The notes under the pieces: model-generated
What the model was told of the DNA's origin: nothing
Seen by the model: only the letters and a program-made list of their open reading frames with translations
The model's database searches: none
Shown: positions 55,565-64,000 of the stretch, one piece after another
Layout: every line of letters starts with the position of its first letter
How positions within the stretch are numbered: the stretch's first letter is position 1
Assembly (NCBI GenBank): GCA_051294905.1
Contig: CM119378.1
Location: forward strand, 3,350,001-3,414,000
Direction of reading: 5' to 3'
From: Botryllus schlosseri
Taxonomy: Eukaryota
Length of the DNA stretch: 64,000 nt
Position numbers and translations under genes: made by a program

Positions 55565-55885
55565 GGGGAAGCGAGTGGCGCAGTTGGTTAAACACTGCAG
55601 CCACGACACCAATGGTTGGTGGTTCGAGTCTCGGCTCTGCCATGTTTCTATGTGTCGGAGGTTTATCTGGGCTCCTCATCGCCGAACGCGCTGTTGTAAA
55701 TACAGCGCGTTGAAAAGCTCAGAAGAAGAGAGAGCCGAACTCTTGAAAGGAGGCAGCAAATGAGCCGAAAAAGACTCAAGTTCAAGAAGACATGCCATTA
55801 TGAAATGTATGAAATTTACGGTGTGGGCGCAAATAACCATGATGTTGCAAGCGCCAATTATATGCGTTAATAAAAAACAACAACA
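55565..55885 (+). mobile_element. Full-length tRNA-derived SINE
   Basis: A box GTGGCGCAGTTGG, B box GGTTCGAGTCTC, AATAAA(CAA)n tail and a 13-bp TSD ACACCATATAGGA. Confidence 0.88.
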
Positions 55886-57084
55886 ACACCATATAGGACA
55901 CCATGCTTTGTTGCATGCGTTGTTGTACCAAGTCACGGCATTCAGAGTCACAAAAGTCCTTCGTTGATTGTAACGTTTGACGTGACGAGTACGAGTAATT
56001 CTACAGAGGGTCGCGCTAAAGTTCAAATCACAATTTTCAGTCACGAATCATCAACGGGTCATGTTTTACCATATTAAACAAGTAATGTCACGTAATAGTT
56101 GATCTTCCACTGAGTGGTAACTTTTGAAAGTGATGTATTAGTGAAGTTTGATGAGTAGTTTCAGGCTTCTGGAGTAGAATTTTAAGTTCTCAAAAATTGG
56201 TAGTAAAATATTGTCGAATACTTCGAAATCCAAAACGCCGTCGCGGGCCGCACAAAATGGTCTCGCGGGCCGCATGCGGCCCGCGGGCCGCGTGTTTGAG
56301 ACCTCTGATCTAGTGCAATTAGGCTTGGTAGAGTGAATGCCGGTAATATAATTTGTGACATGTTTCAAAGCTGTAAGTTTGATTGCCTGAAAATGCTACA
56401 GAAGAACTTTATAGTTCGAAGCGAACCAAGCTTTCTGTGCAGACATTTACCGTTCACTACATGCTTACGATTTACGATAATGAACTATGATTTCTGTTGT
56501 ACTGCTGTCTAATTCTAATTTTGCGAATTCAGTATTATAATCTAATTCATAAACAAGCTGTGATGCTAGTGTCCTGTACACTTTGGTTGTGCGTGGCTAG
56601 TTACAAGTGACAGTGATATAACCAGAGCAAAGATTTTTTGTGAACCTATAGTAATTTCTGCGTTGGTATAACTCAATGGCGCCACCAGCATAGCAGGACA
56701 TCGCTCTTGCTTTGTAGTTTGCTGTGTCGTCCCCGAATATATGTCTGCTTGAGGATTTGTGCGTCTCGTATCTGACAGACCGTCAGTCGCGTTGCTAGAT
56801 ATTCATCAAATTCATATTTCCATACACAAAGTAGTTGAACTTGTTTAATCGATTGGACATTTGAGGCTCGGAGTCCGAGGGATACAGTTACAGCACAGTG
56901 CTGGTGCCTGATAAATTATTTTGTTGTTTTATGGTATTCATGGTGTTGCAACATCTATGGTCATTTACACCAGGCCGATAGCGTGCAGTCGTTTGGTCAT
57001 TTATTCTATCTAACTGTCAAAAGACGATGGCTACTTCCGTCCGGGAACTACTGGACCCAGAGCCATTGCAGATTCGACGGAGAA

Positions 57085-58630
57085 ATAGAGAGTCCTTATT
57101 TTCATCTCCAACCAACATACATAAAAAACAGATGGCAATGATGGTGGTACAGAAAATATGCATGCACAGTATTCGGTATCAGATAGGAATGATCGATACG
57201 ACCGTGAAGGTCAACTAGTCTGATCACACCCGCATCAAATAGGTACACTTGACTCTAGGGATGGTGTGAACGCGAGGTTCACGTTCGCGTTCTGAGAGGC
57301 TCACGTTCACAAACGAACCTTGATAGGTTCTGCACTGTGAACCTTTTTCATACATTACATTTTTCACGTTATTATAGCAGCTTTGGTTGAAATTTACTAC
57401 ATTTCAACTGCGGGTCACTCTGTGCATTGCGCTGGCAGCATAAAAAATCAACACTAGACGACCATGCATTTTGGCAATCTCAAAAATTTTATCTGCTCGA
57501 AATATCCAGATTTATGTTTGTGAATATCTAGTGATTGTCTGCTGGGAGCTTGACCCGCAATCACACAACATCAAGAGCGATATACGCTACATCACATGTA
57601 GATAGTCAGCGAATGATGCTTATCCAACCAATCAATGAAATTGATATCGTTGTCTGATGTCCATCTCGATTTCATATGTTTATCGTATCATAAAAACCAA
57701 ATCCGTGCGATTGGGGTGTTGGCTACTGGGGTATAGCTTGTTAATGGGCTAAAACCCGTTTTACACTCTGTTCAACATGAGCGCAGCAACACTCTGACGC
57801 CGAATACATTGTCCGGTCTGGCTTGTGGACCGTTAAGGCGTAAGCATATATTACTTTGCCAGTCCTCGTCGAAATAGTTGGCGAATCGACGGAAGATATT
57901 GATTTTATGGGAATATTATATTATTTGATTGCTTCAGTTGATAAATTTGGCGACGTTTAAAAAGTCAGTATATGTACTTCAGCATTGTGGATTATGTGGC
58001 CCGAGTCGTCGTTAGGTATCGTGTACCTGTACGTGTACAACTGTACATTAATATATGTAGGCTATATCACTTCACTGAAATGTCGGGTTGGAATTAGCAA
58101 TGTGACGTCACATGACGCCATGAGGTTCACGTTCGCGTTCACACAGAACCTTTCAAAAAGGTTCGGGTTCAGACGAACCTGAACCTTTCAGGGGTTCACA
58201 CCATCCCTACTTGACTCTATACCGTCTGTAAAAATGTTAGTTAAAAAAGGAAAATAAAAAGAAAGTGAGCGATGGTAGCAAATGATCAATGAAGCAATGT
58301 CTGGGCGGCAAGGTAGGTCAACACTGTTAATATAACGACAAGAGGTGATCAAGTAGGTCTTTTTTGAATGTGTTGTTAAGCAATTCACGGATATGTTGTG
58401 GCAATTCATTCCTGATGATACGTACTGAGTAGTCGATAGATTGCTATATTGGGTGGGGGCAGGTAGATATTTCCCTTTGACCAGGACCTCGTGTAATGGG
58501 AGTGGACATTTTAGCAGGTATGAAAAAGTCATCACACACACGGGGCAAACTATTGGAAAAATATTTGTGTAACTTTTGTTGCCTCGAAGCGATAAAGTTC
58601 GTGAACTCGCAAAATTCGAGGTTGACGGTA
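57085..58630 (-). mobile_element. Older copy of the same LINE 3' end, split by a MITE
   Basis: 57085-57255 and 58210-58630 align with ~9525-10130, with indels. Confidence 0.8.
57256..58209. mobile_element. hAT-type MITE nested in the LINE
   Basis: TAGGGATGGTGTGAAC...GTTCACACCATCCCTA with TSD CTTGACTC. A related right end lies at ~24640-24773. Confidence 0.9.
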
Positions 58631-60194
58631 GTAATAGGGGTACCATATTTTGGAAATCTGAAAAGAGGACACTTTTTCAAAATCTTCGGACTTACAATAC
58701 TGGAGTAATATCCGGAAAAATGGTAAATTTCTCCCGACTTTTTGGTTGGTTGTTTTGTGGTGTCACGTCGTTGTATGAATATATGCGTAGAAAACAATGC
58801 GAATTTGTGTTACCATCAGTGCGTGCGATCACGGAAAGGCGAGGTCCCGAGCCCACGAAAACGACGAAGTTCCTGTTAGGTTTTGCGCGCCGTATCAGGG
58901 ACTTTACAAATGCAACCCTAATCAGATAAAATACGATGTAATCTTTGTCGGTGTGGTAACATGTGGAAAATATGGATTCCTGAACTCAAATTATTCAACC
59001 TCAAGAAGCCTGCAAGAGCCTCACGCATGGCACTGTCACTGATGTTATACTCATGATGTAATTAGTTCTACTTATCACGCTTATGCAAAAATGATAATAA
59101 TTCAATTCGATTTATTGCTAACAATTTCATCATTTCAATACACCACTAGACTGCGATACAATGAAAGATAAGAACGTGTCGAAACGACTTGGAGTAGTCT
59201 TCGAAATCAGACACCCATGTGGCCTAGGCCATGTAAAAAAGGAGGCATGCACATTGAATGAAAAGTAAAAGAAGATAATATAAAAGGACAGGTGACAAAT
59301 CGATATGTCAGGTCGTGGCGCGGTAAATTAGAGGGCTAAACTAGTATTGATCCAGTAGAGATTGTTTGTATTTCGACTTGAATGTGGACATGCTCGATGA
59401 CTGCCGGATAGCCGGCGGGATACTGTTCCACTAATCAGGTACGGCATAATTGATAGAGCGATGATCATTTTTGTCAGCCATATGGTAGTTGGACGACGTG
59501 GACGCGCGTGGGTCGTACTATATAAGTCATTGAAGTTTTTTAATTAGGAACTTGAACAAATTAGCTGTTAACCGCTTGCCGTGTTGCACATTACTGTGCA
59601 TACAATGCGAAAATAAATCGATCCAACATTACGGAAAACCCTGCCACATGGGACATGCACATTGCTCGTGGAAATGCGGAAACAGATCTTAGCAGGGCTC
59701 TACAATGCTGCTTAAAGGGGCACCGCGACCTAACATAGGATGTGACCTCAAATTAAAGATAAACGTGTGAAATATTTTGGCAGCAGTATTTTTCTTCAGA
59801 AAGCCACTGATACTCGGCTTTCCTCGCCCCCGGTTTGCGCCTAAAGGAAAATAAAATTTGTAGTTTTCTCGCATCTCGATATTCCAGACGACAATCAAGT
59901 GTTGTTCTTCCTTCCTCGTATCGTGCTGGAATCCAACTCCACATCCGGCAAATAAGAATGCGATAGGCTATTCTCCACAAAATTGAAAGTTGCTACAAAT
60001 TCGAGACTATGAATCAAAGTTCAACAAAAATCTTCAAAATTATTCATTCATTCAAATCTATTCTCATCTCCGATTATACCTGCGTTAATCCAGGAGCGTA
60101 ATGTATTCCCATAGCGCCACCTCACGACTCACGTTTCAGTTGACTTACTTCGTTTACCCATTTGGCATATTACGCTATAGATCATCATTCATCA

Positions 60195-60430
60195 TTGGTT
60201 TATTAGCAATTTTATCAGTTCAATACACCACAAAAAATGCGATGCAATGAAAAGAAAGGAAGATGTCGAAGCGACTAGGAGTTGTCTATGGAATCGGACA
60301 CCCACCTTAGCCTAGGCGATGTAAAGAGGAGGCATGCACGCACACTGAATGAAAGTAAAGAAGATAGTATAGAAAAAGGAAGCGACAAGAAATAGGGCGG
60401 CATGTCAGGGGAAACGAGATCGATAGGTCA
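60195..60430. repeat. Dispersed ~230-bp repeat (also ~59110-59320, ~62200-62320, and inverted at 9140-9267 + 11340-11470)
   Basis: Shared TTCAATACACCAC...GCGAT.CAATGAAA...TGTCGAA.CGACT.GGAGT.GTCT...GACACCCA...GCCTAG; probably a retroelement 3' UTR. Confidence 0.7.
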
Positions 60431-60435
60431 TTAGT

Positions 60436-61908
60436 CAGTGGTTCTCAACCTTTTTGACTTCGCGGACCCCTTTTGACTGTCACGGACCCTCGCGGACCCC
60501 CTCAAGTTTAGTTCAATTTTAGCTCTATTATGGTGCAACCTTCATATCTGTCTTGTGCAAATATGAACTGTAGGCTTGTGATAAACAGCAAAATAATGAT
60601 TTTTCTCGAAAGTAACATCATACTATTTATGTAGAAATTGGTAGACTTTTATTATTTCAAAGCTAATTTTGCTGCTGTGTTTCTTGAAGTACGGGGTCGT
60701 GTCTTAAAAATCCGCGTCTTCGTTGTGATATGAACGTGTAGTGCCAGAAACCATTTCCGCAAATATAGATGGAGGCTAATGCAATATTAACGCATAACGC
60801 TTCCGACGATACCTTTGGTGTGATCGTAACATTTATGGCGCCAAAATGAAGAAACATGTATTTTATGAACATATCACGTCCAGCATCTAGCGCAGCGACG
60901 GGCAACATACGGACCACGGGCCGGATTTGGCCCGCGACAGCATTTTGATCGGCCCGTAGAGAGTTTCTATCGTCAAAGTGAAATCCTAATCTAAAAGTAT
61001 AGACAAATTTTATGCGCCAAATAATGGATCCAAGTTTTCCAACCTGAGAAAGACTGTCATGAAACGACTTGTTCTGTTCGGGTTTACATATATATTTACG
61101 AGCAAACATTTTCAACCATGAACAATTGAACATTAACAAGGCAACGCGGCATACCAATGTAACTGGTGATATCAATTTCAGGGTTGGAGCGTAATGCTTT
61201 GATAGCAACGAAACACTCCTGGTTCATCAAAAAACCAGCCTTGTCGATATAGGGCATCCGCAATAAGAATGCGTCAAATCTGATAGCCGAGCTTTAAGAG
61301 CAGGTATATCATTGTCCGATTCATGACGAGTGTCAGCCGAAAATATTCGCGCTCATTTCAATCTGAATATACTATTCAATTGTATATTGAAGTTCTGTAC
61401 CTCCAAGAAGCTGTTCAAATAGTGGTTATGCATATCACAGGATAAAAAAGATTTCGTGGCTAGGGTTCAATCCCTGCATTGGGACAATTAGGGTAATACT
61501 TCGGAAATTTTTATTTCAAACGACTGTACACTAATTTGATGCGACTGACAACTTCAAATCGAGAAGGTTTCGCAGACATTACGAAGTCACCCTGATTGAC
61601 GTTACTATCTCCATATTTTTCTTTTTTTCACAAACCCCAACAAAACGTCTCTAAACAGCAATATGTTTGTATCAGCAGGTTAATGGAAAATTGGCAATGA
61701 AATTGAATTTCCACACTACGATAGTTCATGTCAGACGATTATGATGATGATATGAGTCATGAGGTTTTAGCAGTTGTGGTGCGAAACTGCCTCATGCTTT
61801 CTCAAATTAAAAAATGAAATAAAAATAAGGTTATCAACCATTATAAAAATTTAGAGGTCTCGCGGACCCCCTGAAATTGCTTCGCGGACCCCCGGTTGAG
61901 AACCGCTG
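60436..61908. mobile_element. Charlie/Buster-type MITE with the same TIR type as the 26205 element
   Basis: CAGTGGTTCTCAACC...GGTTGAGAACCGCTG with CGCGGACCCC subterminal repeats; TSD unclear. Confidence 0.8.
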
Positions 61909-64000
61909 CTATAGGTATTACTTATTAGTTGTTATAATAATAAAACTAACATGAATCACATATGTTACTGTTACGTGCTTAGCCTAGGCACTAGGTATAT
62001 ATCTATGTTATCTAGGTTTGATGAGACAGAAATGGTACATTTGTGAGTGCGGTGCAAAATAGTTTCTGGGCTTCAAAGGTTATCTTAGTAACTCTACAAT
62101 ACCCAGTGCAAATGCAGGGCCCTTGCGGACACAGAGTGGCCTGGGATCGCCAACGAAATATCTTTATTATAATATTAATCAGTCATTACAATGATATTTT
62201 AACCAATTCAAAGCACCACGAGATTGCGATATAGTGAAAAGATAGGAACATAACATAACATAACAGGAAGGTGTCGAAAAGACTTGGAGTAGTCTTCAGA
62301 CACCCATCTTGGCCTAGCCCAAGAATCACAGAGTAATAAGGCACTTCATTAAAGTCCCACCGTTATGATTGAGATCTTGCGAACTGCACCAAGCCTGCTC
62401 TGATCAATTACTACTTAACTCATTCAGAGAGGACAGTGGAAAGAAATGGAAGCAGGCTATTCCTATGTAATTCCAATTCCGAAATCCCAAATAATTCAAA
62501 CCTGATTATTGCTAATAAACGGGGCCGTAGGCGTAAGAATTATTGATCTAAAAATACACATATTCGGATATATACGTCACAAGATCGCGTTTACAGGAAC
62601 CAGAAGTCCAGAACCACTCAGGAGTGTGCAGTACATCATCCATATCGCAAATTCAATTCTGGATCTGGATCAGGATTTGGATTTGAAAATACCAAATACT
62701 ACGAAATCCGCTCATTCTTTGAACTATGCACCAAATTCAAGTGGCTCCTCTCGGCATTACTGCATCGCCGAACAATTTCAGTATCGTTCTAATCTATCCT
62801 TGTTAGTAGCCCTGTCGGAGAAGTATTCGGACACACTATTAATTATAGTGCGGTGGTGGCTAAATGCGGATTTAGTTGGAAGATTTCACTATATACCCTG
62901 TATCTTTGATGCCGTTAGGTAACTGCACAAACGCCACCATATCCATGGGCATAAATAGTTATGTTTTTGTGGGTTATGAGTCATGGCTGACAACCACGGA
63001 CTAATTGCGAGACTCCGATAATTTCCTTGTAATTTGTGGTGCGGCAGACTTCTTAACTTATATTTTTGCACGTTTAAGATACGCGATTATCGAAACAATG
63101 CCGATATTGTGCTCAAATACAGGTAATGCCTCAACGTGTCACAGAATATGCACAGTGGAAAAATTGAGAACGCAGTGCATATCGTACACATGTCTATGTC
63201 ACATTTGCAAATCCCTCAGATGGTATTGGTAATTACGAATCGCTTGTGGCAGTTTGCCTTTTTAATTGCGAGATATGGGTTAATACGTCAGCCAGATATA
63301 GCCAAAGTCTCATGTGATGACGGTTTCATGCCGCAGCAGAGAAAGGGTTAATCAATCTGCAGCAGAGGCGCGAAAATTGTATCTTTTGAGGCATCTATTC
63401 GACATGGAAAGCGTATGAAACGCCGAGAGATAGCGACCAATTTTGTTGACTGGGACAAACGGGTATTTATCTAATTTACAACACTTGCACTACCAATTAA
63501 AAGGAATTGGACGCGTTCCCACGATATTCCCGACCGGATGCCTGACACATTGAGGCTCAGGATCAGTGACCACAGATCACAAACAAGATAATGACATATG
63601 ACATTCGCCGGCTTGCATATGGAAATGGCAATTTTTGTGAACTTTCTGCTGAGTTCTTGAATCGTCTGAAAAGAGATTATATTTTAATGATCCCGTTTGA
63701 CGACCGCAATTTTTATTCCGCACAAACGCTTGCCTGTGAACTTGGGTGGCTGAATATGGAATTTGGCGAATTCGGCATTACAAATGTAATACATTGTATT
63801 ATTATGAAAGCGATTCATCAATATTGCATAGATAAATTCGAAAATAGATGTTTCACTGAATGTGAGCGTGAATTATAGGGAGGGCATTTGTATATATCAC
63901 GGCAGATATAGGTCATGGCTGGTGAAAGGGTGTGGTCCACCTCTCGTCCATGTATGGTCGGATTGGGTTAGCGACCACCAGCTGGCGTGCAACTGATTGA

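Larger units (their letters stand above)
54594..55905. mobile_element. Foldback element (possibly P/Galileo superfamily); main palindrome 54942-55562
   Basis: ~230-bp inverted arms. Reconstructed termini are CATAGTGTCCTATATGGTG...CACCATATAGGACACCATG, with flanks GTTTGTT/CTTTGTT (6 of 7 match). Another right arm lies at ~31459-31700. Confidence 0.8.
54065..56307. mobile_element. hAT-Charlie MITE hosting three nested insertions
   Basis: CAGAGGTCTCAAAC...GTTTGAGACCTCTG with a perfect TSD ATCTAGTG and GCGGGCC motifs. Confidence 0.9.

Noticed and set aside
55565..55640. tRNA gene
   Set aside because: A and B boxes are present, but it is followed by a SINE core, tail and TSD, with no proper cloverleaf.
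60663..61208. 181-aa ORF
   Set aside because: It lies within nested MITEs, crosses a TIR and has no recognisable domain.
62400..62490. WKQA..IPIPK LINE RT-like scrap
   Set aside because: Too short and frameshifted to delimit.

Overview
Eukaryotic, AT-rich, transposon-dense genomic DNA with many short (~55-65 nt) introns. It is most consistent with an invertebrate chordate such as an ascidian; that assignment is inference, not proven. No prokaryotic genes, rRNA, tRNA genes or CRISPR arrays are supported. Host genes: (1) a minus-strand tandem array of three paralogous CCP(sushi)-CCP-vWA cassettes (A 4923-9057 looks intact; B 12831-14233 is rearranged; C 24960-32919 is frameshifted), with no 5' exon found; (2) an intact 9-exon cytosolic alpha-carbonic anhydrase on the plus strand (48166-53709, 259 aa). 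The rest is mobile DNA: a decayed Buster/Charlie hAT transposase element, many hAT MITEs with 8-bp TSDs, two foldback families, CR1/L2-type LINE 3' ends, tRNA-derived SINEs and Penelope-like retroelements. Most notable: a foldback MITE carrying an 88-codon GAPDH fragment with microhomology junctions (43615-43878), and Penelope pseudo-LTR hammerhead ribozyme motifs with a possible loop II/5'-flank pseudoknot. All coordinates and translations were read by eye and no database searches were run.
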